DNA of 64,000 nucleotides. Origin: Felis catus. Lineage: Eukaryota. The DNA is taken from assembly GCF_018350175.1 (NCBI RefSeq), contig NC_058383.1, positions 18,974,001 to 19,038,000 on the forward strand, in the 5' to 3' direction. The position numbers and the translations under genes are program-made. The notes beneath the pieces are model-generated. The model made no database searches. It was not told the origin of the DNA and saw only the letters and a list, made by a program, of their open reading frames with translations. This document shows, one piece after another, positions 23,778-36,701 of this stretch; positions within the stretch are counted from its first letter, which is position 1, and every line of letters begins with the position of its first letter.

Positions 23778-24448
23778 TTTTCTTTTAATGTTTATTTATT
23801 TATTTATTTAAAAAAAATTAAAAAAGAATTTAATGTTTATCTTCTTTGAGAGAGAGAGAGAGAGTGAGCAGGGGAGGGGAAGAGAGAGAGGGAGATAGAG
23901 AATCTGAAGCAGGCTCCAGGCTCTGAGCTGTTAGTGCAGAGCCTGATGAGGGGCTCGAACTCACAGACTGCAAGATCATGACCTGAGCTATAAAGTTGGA
24001 CGCTTAACCAACTGAGGCACCCCGGTGCCCCTGTTTGTTTTTGAGAGAGTGGGGGCCGGGGGAGGGGGAGGGACAGAGGATCCAAAGCGGGCTCTGTGTG
24101 GAGAGCAGAGACCCTGATGCGGGGCTTGAACTCCCGAACTACAAGGTCATGACCTGAGCCAAAGTTGGATGCTCAGCTAGCTGACTGAGCCACGCAGGCA
24201 CCTCTGCATCCTCAATAATTCTTTTTTATTCTTTTTTAATGTTTTTTTAACGTTTATTCATTTTTTGATAGAGAAAGAGTGTGAGTGGGGGGGAGGGGCA
24301 GAGAGAGAAGGAGACACAGAATCCGTAGCAGGCTCCAGGCTCTGAACTGACAGTACAGAGCCCGACGCGGGGCTCGAACTCACGGACTGTGAGATCATGA
24401 CCTGAGCCGAAGTCGGATGCTTAACCGACTGAACCACCCAGGCGCCCC
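23778..24448 (-). mobile_element. Three nested/tandem CAN-SINEs
   Basis: Three heads ending near 24031, 24204 and 24448; target CTCAATAATT occurs three times. Confidence 0.92.
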
Positions 24449-24649
24449 CTCAATAATTCTTAAAGAGTGTAAAAAAGTTCTGGGATCAAAATGTTTGAGA
24501 ATTGTTTCTGTAAAGCACAAAATACAGTGTAAAGATTTAGCCACTATTCCACCATCCAGAAATAACGTCATTCCAGATGCCTCTCTCTATATAGATACAG
24601 AGAGGTTAAGCTAAATAAAAAGACAAAGTGGCATCATCTCATACATTTT

Positions 24650-24762
24650 AATTTTTTTAAAGATTTTATTTTTAAGTAATATCTCTACCCAACGCGGGGC
24701 TTGAACTCATGACCCCAAGGTCAAGAGTCACATGCTCTCCTGACTGAGCCATCCAGGTGCCC
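24650..24762 (-). mobile_element. Short tRNA-Lys-like carnivore SINE
   Basis: agattttatttttaagtaat...ccaacgcggggcttgaactc...ccaggtgccc. Confidence 0.8.
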
Positions 24763-25586
24763 TAGTTTTTATTTTTCATAGCAACAAATTGTAGTTTTAC
24801 CTGAGTTGAATGGGAAGTATTAACCCTAAGGGAATTCCTGACCTTGGGGTGGTTTTGCCACAGGAATATTAGTTTGTACAAGACACCTCTAGGATTAAGA
24901 AGAAAAAAAAAAGATTATGAAAACCATTTTCTTACTACATGTTTTAATCCTAGCCCATATGTTTTGAGACAACGTGCTTGTGAAAGAAGAGGGAGTTAGG
25001 CAGCACACCCTCTGTGATTCCTACGTATGTTTAGTCTTGATTCTATATTTAATTCAAGCTTGCTGTAGTCCCCTTGCCACAGCTGCTCCATTCCTTAATT
25101 CTGCGTTTTTGTTTATTGCTTTATTTGCATGGTTTCACGAACAGGATCCTCCTTAAGAGGCCGTATGTTACCTGGGCAGTATGTTACCTGAGTTTTTGTG
25201 TTTGAGAAAATGTCCCCTTCCTTCGTACTCAAAGGAGAGCTTTGGGTTAAGTCATTTTCTGCCTCAGAACTTGTGGGTACTCTACCACTGCTGTCTGGTT
25301 TCTTGCGTGACTGTGGAGAAGTCTGAGTGTGGTGTTTTATCTTCTTTGCTTGTGCTTTTTCTGCCTACGTTCCTTCCTTATTCCTAAGATTCTTAGTCTT
25401 TATCATTTCTTCTTGAGGCAGAATAAGCCCCTTTATTTTGTATATGCACGTCTTTTTTTCAGGAAAGTTTTCTTCTTGTTATAGCTTTGAATGTCCGTCT
25501 TCTCTAAAGTCATGATACCTTTTTTTTGCAATCCCCATTTCATCTTGCGTGCTTTCCGTTAATCTCATGCTTCTCAAAAATGAAGC

Positions 25587-25823
25587 CTGTTGGAGGTTCC
25601 TCAGAAAGTTAAAAAAAGAACTACTCCAGGACCCAGCAGCACTACTGAGTATTTACCCGATGAATTACAAAAACACCAATTCAGAGGGATACGTGCACTC
25701 CTATGTTTATAGCTGCATTATTTGTAATAGCCAAGATATGGAAGCAGCCCAAGTGTCCCATCAGTTGATGAATGGATAAAGAAGATGTGGTATGTCTGTT
25801 CAATAGAATATTGTTCAGCCATT

Positions 25824-25862
<39 letters not shown>

Positions 25863-26165
25863 AGAATGACATCTTGCCATTTGCAATGACCTGTATGGAT
25901 GGAGCTAGAGGTATTATGCTATGTGAAATAAGTCCGAGGAGGACAAATACCATATGATTTCAGTCATATATGGAATTTAAGAAGTAAAGCAAATGAGAAA
26001 AGGAGAAAAAGAGACAAACTAAGAAAGAGACTCTTAACTGTAGAGAACAAACCGATGGTAACCAGAGGGGAGGTGGGGGGGTGGGTGAAATAGGTGACGG
26101 GGATTAAGGAGCACGCTTGTGATGAGTGCCAGGTGATTAAAATAAAAACTTAAAAAAAAAACTAA
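25587..26165 (+). mobile_element. 5'-truncated carnivore L1 3' end with internal (AC)n, inserted into a MER5-like element
   Basis: tggaggttcctcagaaagttaaaa...gatgaatggataaagaagatgtgg...poly-A; TSD AAAAAT(G/C)AAGC. Confidence 0.88.
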
Positions 26166-26340
26166 AAAAATCAAGCATGCGCAAGAATCACTTCTTGGAA
26201 AGTATGTAAAAACCCGTGTCTCGACCACACGCCTCCAGGATCCCCAGCAGCACGTGTGGGCGGGGCCTGAGAATTTATATTTCTGACAAGCTGCCAGATG
26301 TGCTGACGATACAGGTCCACAGACTTACCTCGAGCAGCGC

Positions 26341-26925
26341 AGTAGTTCTCAGTGTTTTAGTCTCTGGACCCCCTTATTTAATTGAAATATAATTGACCTA
26401 TAACACTGTAGCTCCAGGGGTACAATGTCATGGTGTATGTATTGCAAACTGATGGCAACGGAAAGTGGAGTTAATATCCATTACCGCACACGATTAAAAA
26501 TTGTCTTTCTTATGATGGGAACTTTTAAAATTCACTCCCCTAGCAACTTTCAAATGTACGGTACGGTCTCGTTAACTAACCGTAGTCACCACCGTACATT
26601 GTATCCCCAGGACTTCTGTATCTTCTAACTGGAAGTTTGTATTTCTTGGCCCCCTTCACCCGTTTTGCCCACCCTGCCACCCAGGATGGCTTTACTCCTA
26701 AAAGTCGCCATGGTCCTCAAAGAGCTTTGTGGGTTGTATCTGTTGACATAACACTGAGGAAATTTACATTAATTCATTTAAAAAGGACTGTGATGAACTC
26801 TACATACAAACAAAGAATGTATTTTAACGAAAGATGCATTCTCCGAAGCAAACGAAAGTTTCCTGAGTGGCATTATTTTACGTTTCTACAGGTATCTTTA
26901 ATGTGTAGCTTGGTGAAAGGTGGCT
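26341..26925. mobile_element. Charlie1-type terminal fragment interrupted by an antisense L1 3' UTR piece (about 26378-26685)
   Basis: agtagttctcagtgttttagtctctggacccc resumes as tttactcctaaaa...caaagagcttt after the L1 piece. Confidence 0.6.
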
Positions 26926-27005
26926 TTTGTTTTCTCTTTGTTGTACTTAAATTGGTTTGTAAGAGACTTGGTAGGGTGGTTGTTAAAACCTTTGTGTATT
27001 TCCAG

Positions 27006-27459
27006 GTGACTTACTGAGTAACCTGCTGCAGAGTCCTAGTTCAGCCAAACTGTTGAACCAGCCAATCCCCATCCTTGATGCGGAGAGTGAGTATATGTGT
27101 TCCCTGGCCTTGGAGTGCCTGGCCCATCTCTTCAGTTGGATTCCTCTGTCTGCCAGCATCACCCCGTCCCTCCTAACCACCATCTTCCACTTTGCGCGCT
27201 TTGGCTGTGACATCCGGGCCAGAAAGATGGCATCAGTTAACGGCAGCAGCCAGAACTGTGTGTTGGGTCAGGAGCGTGGCCGTCTTGGGGTCCTGGCCAT
27301 GTCCTGCATCAATGAACTCATGTCCAAGAACTGTGTGCCTATGGAATTCGAAGAGTATTTACTGCGTATGTTCCAGCAGACTTTCTACCTCCTGCAGAAA
27401 ATCACCAAGGATAACAATGCCCACACGGTGAAGAGCAGGCTAGAAGAACTCGATGAGAG
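27006..27459 (+). CDS. XPO6: XPO6 exon 7 (GDLLSNLLQSPSS...SRLEELDE)
   Basis: ttccag|GTGAC; GAGAG|gtaatg; 454 nt; overlaps ORF 27053..27463. Confidence 0.97.
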
Positions 27460-30400
27460 GTAATGAACACGGGTGTGGAACCGGCCGCGCCCTAAGAAGG
27501 GGCCTTGACCGTTTACCGTGTTGTGCCGCATGGTGTCTGTAATCCTCTTTGGTTTCAGAATTTGGGGCTCCTGATGAGGAACGGACAGGTAGGTGTGTAC
27601 CAGTAAGTCTGAGCTTAGCTGGAAGGGCTAGGGTGGTAGAGGGGAGCGAGCCACGTTTGGAAAGTGACTGTGAATTGTGCAGGTTTGTTGTCTTTTCCCC
27701 CGTCTGTCTCCTGTCCTCCCTTCCACCCCCTCCCTTCGTCCTCACGATTCGCCTGCAGGTCTGAGTGGCACAGGAGCCGAGTCTGCTGCTCGTGCGTAGC
27801 CAGGAACGTGGGAGGAGGCCGCGGAGGTACAGGAGTTCTAATCCCCCCTTTTCACTTGACGTTGCTTGTCAGTTTTGACTCCGTGACTTTCCCCCAGTGC
27901 ACATCGTGCAGCGTGTAGGCATGTCGTTGTTACTGTGAGTTTTACACACACGGCACATTTCCATCAAAAGCAAGAGATGGGAATATGGGCACGTCTTAGC
28001 GTGGCACACACCGTGTTTCTTTGTGACCCTCCCCTTGAATGGAGCTGAAAATTACCTCGCTTTTCCTTCTGAAGTACTCACACAGATGACGCTGTCACGG
28101 TACCCTGAGGCGTGGTCTCATGTATCTCCCTCCAGATGATGTCATTTATCTGTCTTAGAGCTTTCATCGATGTGACGCTGGCTACTGCTGTGTAAAAGCA
28201 AGAGAGCAAATTAGAAACTTACATATAAAAGCATCATGTTGACTGTTCAGAAACTTCCAGGCAGATACATTGTATTGAGTTAGAAAATTCTTCTAGAGCG
28301 CTGGGCAGCAAATGTTGTTAATATGTTAATCCACTTTCCTTGGCTTGCTTTTTGCTATTAAGCTGCGTAGAGTTAAGGCATTTTCCTTTTCCTTAGAGTA
28401 AGTAGCAGAATGTAAAGTCAAGTGCTTACAGACCATTTTAGTGCTTTTTAATTTAGCAACTTTGTTAAGGTTTTCTAAAGTTAAAAACATAGATGCCTAA
28501 GATTGTTTTGGTTTGGTCCATCGTAAACAAGCTTTGTGCGAAATTTTCTTTGTATAATCACAAAAGAGCTCATAATCTCTTATGGTGATATGTTGGTTTT
28601 ATTTTTCATTTTATAATAGCTTTCTGTATGAATTCAGAGGCATCGGCATGCAAACACACAATTTCATATCCTTTCTAGCTTTGGTTAAGAAAGGCTGCAC
28701 TTCATATGTTAAAAAAAGTCTAGCCGCTCGTACCGACCATCAGGTATCAGTTGTTTTGAGTTTTACGTGAGGCATAACGTTCGCGATGGCTGACGTTCTG
28801 ATGGCATAGAGATGTCGTCGTGGGTTACCTATGTACTGATTTTGTTACGTGTAACTTCTGTGCTTTTGGTTTTATATTTTAATCCTATGCTTCCTATTGC
28901 CCTGTGAAAGCTGAGAGGTGCCTGGAAGCAGAAAGGTGACATGAACAATACTGTGTGCTTGCTTCCTGGCTCTTGGGCCCCCGACCACTAATTCTAAACA
29001 GCTAAGTCCATTCTCGGTTGTTTAGGGGCTACTTACCCCAGGGCCTTTGCTTCTCTTCTCCTTTCCTGCCTGTTTCTAACTTTCAACTGCTCATTAGCAC
29101 CTGTACCAGAAGGTGGGCAAGGGAAAGAAAATGAGGTGAAATAAAATCTATAGTTTTAGCTGCCGAAAGGCCCTTGTTTGTGTGCCCAAAAACTTGGGTT
29201 GGAGAGTGAAATAAAATCGAGATTGCGTGACATTTACCCAAGCTTCTCTTTATTTCATGGGTGGCAGGGAATTGAGTGCATCTTCCTAGAGAGCAGCAAA
29301 CTGGGTGACGGCTCTGACTGTCACGTTAGAAGCAGAACGAGGAATAAGGAGCCCCTGCTGTTGGGTATCTGTGGTCAAAGGCATCGAGAGAAGTCTCTTC
29401 ACGCCTGACTCTCTCTAAAAACAGTTGATTCAAACGCCTTAACTGTGTTTCAAGTTTTTGGTCCCATGATCCACAGAGACGGCCATTCTCCTGATCAAGC
29501 AGATTAATGTTTTTGTTTTTGTTTTAAACTGCAGAAAAGTTTACATGTGTGTTAGCTAGCCGTTTGGAGGTCAGGCAGGCAGGTTGGCCGCCCTCAGGGT
29601 GCTGGGTCCCAGGCACAATGTGGGACATTTTATTTATGGGGCAATTTTGCTCTTCTGCGTAGTTGTCTTTTTCTCCCCCATTATTATTGCATAGATCCTT
29701 GCTTTAAAAAAAAAACAAAAAAACAAAACTTTTTGCAGTTAGGATTTTCAGAATTGGTTTTAGCCATTATTTAATTTTTGACTAAGGCCCATAAGTAAGT
29801 CTTTATCGGTGTCCGCAATGTGATCTCTGGAGGTACGTCCATCTCATTTTCGAATCACCTTTTGGTATTTAGGGGCTTAAAATGACAGTTTGTGACATGT
29901 GAGAGTGATGATGTGCTGTGTATCTAGTAACAACAGTCTCTTATCCTTGCAGCTGGGACCCACACTCCTCTGGGAAATGATATTGTACATACACATGAGT
30001 TGGGGAGCCACTGTGCTGTGAAAGGAAAGAGCACTGGCGTGGGAGTGGATGGTAGTCGGTAGTCCCATTTTGCCACGAGCTGGCCCAGTGACCTTGGGCG
30101 GGTCACTGGATCTCCCTGGGCCTCGTCTGTATAGTGAAGCGCCAGACTGAATTGTCCCCGAGGCCTGTCCAGCTCGGGCAGCTTCTTCCCCTCCCTTATA
30201 TTTGCAGTCACTTTCTGAGTAGATCGGGATGTGCTTACGTTTATTGAGTGCCGGGAGCCGGAGGGCGGGGGGGGGTGGGGGTGGGGGGGAAATGAGCATT
30301 AGGTTCCAAGTCTGCATATACGTTATCCAGATGCCATGCCTTTGGTATAGCCTTGTTTTGTTCTTAGCACATTCACGTTAATATTTTGGGCTCCTAGCAA

Positions 30401-30778
30401 AGGCAGCCGGCCTTCCAGACTTGCCACATTGACATGACGCACATGCTCTGCCCCTTGACTTTTTAGTATCATTTTCTTTCCCTTGAATCGGTTGTAACAT
30501 GAAGGACTTAGAAACCGCGAGAGCCCTAGTTTATAAGATGTCTTAGTAGAGAGTGCCTGAGGATTAAAGTTGCTTTTCTGCTATGTTTCAGGTGGTAATG
30601 GAATGAAGGGTTGCCTGACCTGTAGGTAATTGTTGCAGGCCTTTATCTTTTTAACTGAAAAGCTGTTTTAAATCTGTGTTAGTTCTGTACTGAAAGAAAT
30701 TTGGATTGAATTTGAGTTCTCTTCTAAGGAGGTGGCTGGGTTTCTGATCGTCTCTTCTCGTCTTCTTGTCTTACTTAG

Positions 30779-30905
30779 CTATGTCGAGAAGTTTACTGAC
30801 TTCCTGCGGCTCTTCGTGAGTGTCCACCTGAGAAGAATCGAGTCCTACTCCCAGTTCCCTGTGGTGGAGTTTTTGACGCTTTTGTTCAAGTACACATTTC
30901 ATCAG
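30779..30905 (+). CDS. XPO6: XPO6 exon 8 (SYVEKFTDFLRLF...KYTFHQ)
   Basis: acttag|CTAT; CAG|gtaaag; 127 nt. Confidence 0.96.
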
Positions 30906-31284
30906 GTAAAGCACCAGCACCACTCATCCTTTTCCTCCTGAAAAAGCGCGCTTTGTTGTTTCCAGGGTAAAGAGTTTATTTCCCGAACATTTATACAGTG
31001 TTGGCTTTGTGAAGATTAACACGTTTGTCCTTCCTAATGACCCTTTGAGGTGGGTGTTACTATCGTCATCTCCACTTCCCAGATAAAGAAACTGAGGCGC
31101 AGAGTAACCGGCTCAGGGTCATACAGTTAATTAAGTGGTGGGACCAGGCGTTTGAACTAGAGTCTGTGTTCTTAACCACTGTTTCGTTGGAGAAGCAAAA
31201 GATAGAAATAGTCTGAAATTAGGGCCTTTCCTTCTGTAACTGGCACTAAAACTTCCTACAGGGAGATGAGAAATAATGAAGCTC

Positions 31285-31486
31285 GGGGCGCCTGGGTGTT
31301 CGGTGGGTTAAGCGTCCGACTCTTGGTTTTTCAGTTCAGGTCATGATCCTCGTGGTTTGTGGGTTTGAGCCCTTTGGGATTCTCTTGTCTGCCTGTCTCT
31401 CTCTGCCCCTCACCCGCTCACTCTCTGTCTCTCTGTCTCTCTTAAATAAATAAACGTTAAAAAAAAGCAATATTTAAAAAAAAATT
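31285..31486 (+). mobile_element. CAN-SINE with internal deletion
   Basis: TSD AATA(A/C)TGAAGCTC. Confidence 0.88.
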
Positions 31487-31659
31487 AATACTGAAGCTCT
31501 GAGGGGTTAAGTTTTGGCGGATCGGATTTTTGCTCCCATTCAACAAACACTTTTTGAGCTCCTTGTGTATCAGGAGCTGGGCGTATAAACCCTCACAAGC
31601 AAAGTCCTTGTGCCTTGTTTACATTTTGTGGCCCAATGTCTTTTCTTTATATACATATT

Positions 31660-32460
31660 TTAAACGGTTTATTGAGGTAGAATTATATATCTCATGAAAT
31701 TCACCCATCGTGATTGTACAGCTCCGTGATGCTCACTAGATTTATAGACTGGTGCAGTCATCATCAGCCTGGTTTTAGACATTTCTGTCGTGTCTTCTCC
31801 CTTGTACATTTGTGTGTGTGTAATTTATTTTTTAATTCCAGTATAATTAATGCAGTGTTATGAGTTTCAAGTGTACAATATAGTGATTCAACAGTTCTGT
31901 ACATTACTCAGCGCTCATCCTTCTGTGAGTGTCTTTAAAATAAGTTTTCTATTGAAGTATCACACCCATTCGGAGAAGCGCATAGATCCTGCGTGGACAG
32001 CTTGATGAATTTTCCCAAAATGAACACAGCCATGTAACCACCACCTTCGTCAAGAAGTAGAACATTACTGCCAGCTCCGCCTTGGGTGCCTTCCCCTTCA
32101 CTTCCTGTGCGTCACCCCAATCTTGACCTTAACGTCCCAGATTCCTTTTGCCTGTTGTGGAACTTCTCTCAGTGGATGTCTCCAGTATATATTTGTTTTG
32201 TCTTGGTTTTTCATTCCACATCATGTTTGTGAGATTCACCTGTGTTGTGTGTGTGGCAGTAGTTTGTTTTCATTGCTTTACAGTAAGTCATTATCTGAAA
32301 ATCTGTCCCACTGCAGATATGAGCTGCTCGGTTTTTGGTGACCATGAATTCTCTTGCAGTGGGCGTTCTCATACATGCTTTTGGGTGTACCTGTGTAGCT
32401 CTTTCTGTTGGCGTAACCTGGGTATGACGTTCCCGGGTCAGGGAAGGCATGTGATTTTAT
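31660..32460 (-). mobile_element. Stacked old L1 3' UTR fragments
   Basis: tttattgaggtagaatt...aaattcacccat and tattgaagtat...catgtaaccaccacc motifs. Confidence 0.65.
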
Positions 32461-33529
32461 AAGTTGTGGATTTTACGTGTCGTGGAAGTTTAAACCACCA
32501 ATGATGTAGCTTCACGAGGGTAGAAGAGAGACAAGGGCCTAGGCTGGGAGGGGTGTGTGTGTGTGGTTGGGGATTTGGTGTGTGAGCTAGCCTTTTTCAG
32601 GGGGGTACTCGGCACATAAAAGTAAGCGCCCCCAGTGGGTGAGGGTGAACCACTCCTGGGTGCAGCAGGGAGGGTGGGGGTGGAGGAGGACTAGGGTTGA
32701 AGTATCAGGATGTCTGGTAGAGGGGCCAGTGAGTGCAGGGCAGGAAGGACAGCACTCTCAGTTCACCAGACCTAAGAGGGGATGGGAGAGGTGATGAGAT
32801 GTGGGAGGGCGAGGGGGTGGGAGAGAAGCATTCTGGGTAGGAGCGTTTCGAGATGGATCCAGAGACCTCCCGGAGGGGACCGGGAAGAAAGGATTCAGTA
32901 GATACGTTAGAATAAGTGTAGCAGAAATGAAAGAGATAGGGAGCCAGTGCTGAGGTCACAAAGAAGGGGTTTTGGGGAAAGTGGAATGAAAATGTTTTGC
33001 AGTTTGCTCTGCCTGTGAAGTTTTATATCTGCCCTTTATATATGACATAGAAGAAAGCTAAGTACAAGTTTTAAAGTATGCATGTCTTATGCCTACTTTT
33101 TTGGACCTGAACCCAACAAACAGTTCTGTGTTGGAGCTCTGGTTGTTTCTATGAGGTCTGTGTCCTTGGGGCAGTCTTTTTAATTGCCTTCGATTTCAGT
33201 TTCCTCACTTAAGGAGATCGACTGTGGTGGGCATCTTCACAGTCTTGCCCCTGTTCATCTTCTGTGGTCCTTTGCCTAGAATTTTAGGTGTTGGTTTTTC
33301 ATTGAAATCAAAGTGGTGGTTTTGTATGTTTATATATTACATGTATATACTGGGAAAAGAAATGAATATGGTCATGAAGCAGACAACAGGCTTCTTTCTT
33401 TGTCCTTTACCCGAGGTTACTGTCAGCTGAGCTTCCTTGCCCTCTCTTGGTCTCCTGTATGAGGACCTTCCTTCCTTCCGTTCTTTTTTTTTCTCTTTCA
33501 AAACATTAAGAAAATTTTTTTAAATCATT

Positions 33530-33944
33530 TATTTGTTTATTTTTTAATTTACATCCAAGCGAGTTAGCATACAGCGCAACAATGATTTCAGGAGTAGATT
33601 CCAGTGATTCATCCCCTATGTATAACGCCCAGTGCTCATCCCAACAGGTGTCTTCCTTATGCCCCTTTCCCATTTAGCCCATCCCTGCTCCCACAACCCC
33701 TCCAGCAACTCTGTTTGTTCTCTGTATTTAAGAGTGTCTTATGTTTTGTCCCCCTCCCTGTTTTTATATTATTTTTGCTGCCCTTTCCTTATGTTCATCC
33801 GTTTCGTGTCTTAAATTCCTCATATGAGTGAAGTCACATGATGTTTGTCTTTCTCTAATTTTGCTTAGCATAATACCTTCTAGTTCCATCTGCGTAGTTG
33901 CAAATGGCAAGATTTCATTCTTTTTGATTGCCGAGTAATACTCC

Positions 33945-33982
<38 letters not shown>

Positions 33983-34025
33983 TGTGTGTGTGTGTGTACA
34001 CACCACATCTTCTTTATCCATTCAT
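33530..34025 (-). mobile_element. Carnivore L1 3' end with internal (GT)n at about 33947-33997
   Basis: tagttccatctgcgtagttgcaaatggcaagatttcattcttttt...accacatcttctttatccattcatc. Confidence 0.9.
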
Positions 34026-34420
34026 CTGGAGGCCCCTCCTTTCTGGGTGTGGGCTCTTGGACTATGGGAGTCAGTGTCCTTTGAGGTCCAGGAAGAAGCA
34101 GATTTGAGCATTGGGTGGAGGGGCAGGAAGCTAGAAGGTATTCTGCGCAGTTTACCGTAGGCTGGGCTGCCTATCGTAAATGGGCAGGGTGCACTCCAGG
34201 GTCAGGAGCTGGCGGTAGTAAGGGAGTTCTTTGGGGTAAGACTTAAGAATAAGAAATGAAGTGCCCTCAAGAGACAGTTTTAAGTTCTCATCTGGTCATT
34301 AACAGTGTGATCATACTTTATCATGGTTTAATTATCTGCAAAGCTGGAAAACGTTCTTTCCTCTTGTCTAGAGGGTTATGAGTGTACTCATATTTTTGCC
34401 TTTTGTTTCTAAAATTCAGA

Positions 34421-34517
34421 GGGGTGCCTGGCTGGCTCAGTTGGCGGAGCATCTGACTCTTGGTCTCAGGGTCGTGAGTTCGAGCCCCGTGTTGAGTATA
34501 GAGATTACTTAAAAAAA
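34421..34517 (+). mobile_element. Short tRNA-Lys-like carnivore SINE
   Basis: ggggtgcctggctggctcagttgg...gttcgagcccc...gagattacttaaaaaaa. Confidence 0.82.
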
Positions 34518-34957
34518 TTTCATAAGAAATTTTAGTACTGGTCCTCATGTGTTGAAGGAATAGTAATAAGACAAAGGTGGTGTTAGTATCTTTCTATAAG
34601 CATCTCCTCTCTCGTTTCTTGTCCTACATTTTTTCTTTCACTGAAGTGTCCCACCACAGCCCCTCTGGCCACTATAGCTCAGCAGGTGTTTGCCTCCAGC
34701 GTTGCTCCCCTCGCTGTGGTGTCCCCTCTGAGCATCTGATTTCTGTCTTCCTGGTCCTCTTACTGCATCCTTCGCAGTTCCTTCTGGGCCTTGCATTTTC
34801 ATCCCGCCCCCTTTTCCTGAAACAGTGCCTGGGGGGGTGTGGCACCGGGGAACGGGGCTCTACGCCAGGAGTCTGAAGTTCCACATTCTGGTTCTCTTTC
34901 TGTTCCTTATCTTTTCATCTTGCGCAGGTGACTTTGCTTTGGAGCCTTGGTTTCGTT

Positions 34958-35174
34958 TCTTTTCTTTTTTTTTAAATATGTTTTTATTTATTTTTGAGAG
35001 AAAGACAGCACAAGCAGGGGAGGGGCAGAGAGAGAGGGAAACACAGAATCTGAAGCAGGCTCCAGGCTCTGAGCTGTCAGTACAGAGCCCGACGCGGGGC
35101 TCGAACTCACAGACTGAGATCATGACCTGAGCTGAAGTCTGACGCTTAACCGACTGAGCCACCCAGGCGCCCCC
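34958..35174 (-). mobile_element. Feline SINE
   Basis: Typical antisense body. Confidence 0.92.
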
Positions 35175-36591
35175 CAAAAGTACTTCCTGATCAGCTGTTC
35201 TGTGGAAGAGAACATGGGTGTTTTTAAACCTAGGAAGGCCAACTGAGTGATTGACTCACAGGGAGCTCAGCAAGCTGAAGCCAGGGAAGACTCCCACCTC
35301 CTGGCTGTGCAAACTGAGTGCCTGTCTACAGGCTACTTATATTATTTCCACGTGGCTTATTGTTTTCTGTGCTTATTCTTCTGGTTCACTTCATGTCATG
35401 GACATCCTGGATTTTGCAAAGGATGAAGTGGAGACAGGAAATGGTCATTTTCTTTTCAGAGGATGGCCCTGTCAGGTCCTGATTGTCAGTTCCAAGGCAA
35501 CCCTGTGAGTTGTGAGGTTGGACTCTGCCCCAGTCTGCCCCGGAAAAAGTTAGCTTTCTGTCTCAGACTGCGTACAGAACTTCCATCTCCTGCTACCACC
35601 CAATGGGCAAATCCCACACATGCCCTTATAAGCCTCTGGATTTCCTTGTGGATCCGAGATGGAAGGAAACTGATCCAAGAAGATGATGGTCAAACTTCTT
35701 TCCCTTTCTGGTCCTGCCGCCCAACATTGCTTCAATGAAGCAATCACAAAATCAAAGAGCTCTTATAGGTAGCAAGAAATTCAGTGGATATAGAAGGGAT
35801 TGGGGGGGGTCCACAAGTTGAAATTGAATATGCGTGAGAAGGACTAGACGTTGGAGAATGTAGTGCCTGGAGTTTACATGAAATAGAATCTCAAGGCTCT
35901 TGAGGAATCAGAGCGCAGTGAGTCAGGCACTAGACCCTACAGAGACTTGTTCTTCTCTCCTCACTTTGTCTTTGTCAACACCTGGTTAGAGGTTGCTCTT
36001 AGCCCATTGGACACCCCTCCTTCTGCAGATGAGATCATGCCTGAGAGTCAGACTTAAGCTAATTTTCAGTCTGTTATGTAGGAAGACTGCAGATGTTACT
36101 TTTCTAACTTTCAAATATGTAAACTTGTCGCCTTCAGAACCATCGAAACTTACTTCTGGTTTCCTGATGATATGTAGAAGGAGCATTTACTGGGGTGGGA
36201 GGGGGGTGGTAAAGGGACCTGGTTTGAATAAATCCTGTCCCTGGATCTCAATTTCTTTTTCTCTAAAACAGATTTGAATGGGATGATCTGTAAGAGTCCT
36301 CCCCATCAATCTCAGATTTAAAGATTGGTGTCTGCTTGGCTTATTTTGTAATTAAGTTTGTCCTGCATAGAATCTCCCTAATAATGATATGTTCCATGGC
36401 ACCTTTGTCTTGTTAGGTTCACCAGGGCCCAGTCATGAAAACCATTTGAAAGATTGCAGTTGTGGTTACCGGGAAGTGGAGGGAATCTAGGCTTAGGGTT
36501 GTACCATTCTGATGGAAATAAACACTGGTGGGGATGTTTCTCAGGAGCTGCGTTAAGTAATTTCATTGTCTGGATTTCTTTTGCATCATAG

Positions 36592-36701
36592 CCTACTCAT
36601 GAAGGTTACTTCTCTTGTTTGGATATCTGGACGCTCTTTCTGGACTATCTGACAAGTAAAATTAAAAGCCGTCTGGGAGACAAGGAAGCAGTTCTCAACA
36701 G
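36592..36701 (+). CDS. XPO6: XPO6 exon 9 (PTHEGYFSCLDIWTLFLDYLTSKIKSRLGDKEAVLN)
   Basis: catag|CCT; ACAG|gtaaac; 110 nt; not in the ORF track. Confidence 0.95.

Larger units (their letters stand above)
22997..24505. mobile_element. Charlie1-type hAT transposon fossil carrying four nested SINEs
   Basis: Both terminal regions and the internal aagccagacagacattagagagattt segment resemble recalled Charlie1a. Confidence 0.65.

Noticed and set aside
34421..34517. tRNA-Lys-like sequences (also 3509, 22765, 24650)
   Set aside because: GGGG-extended head, degenerate stems and an A-rich tail indicate short SINEs, not tRNA genes.
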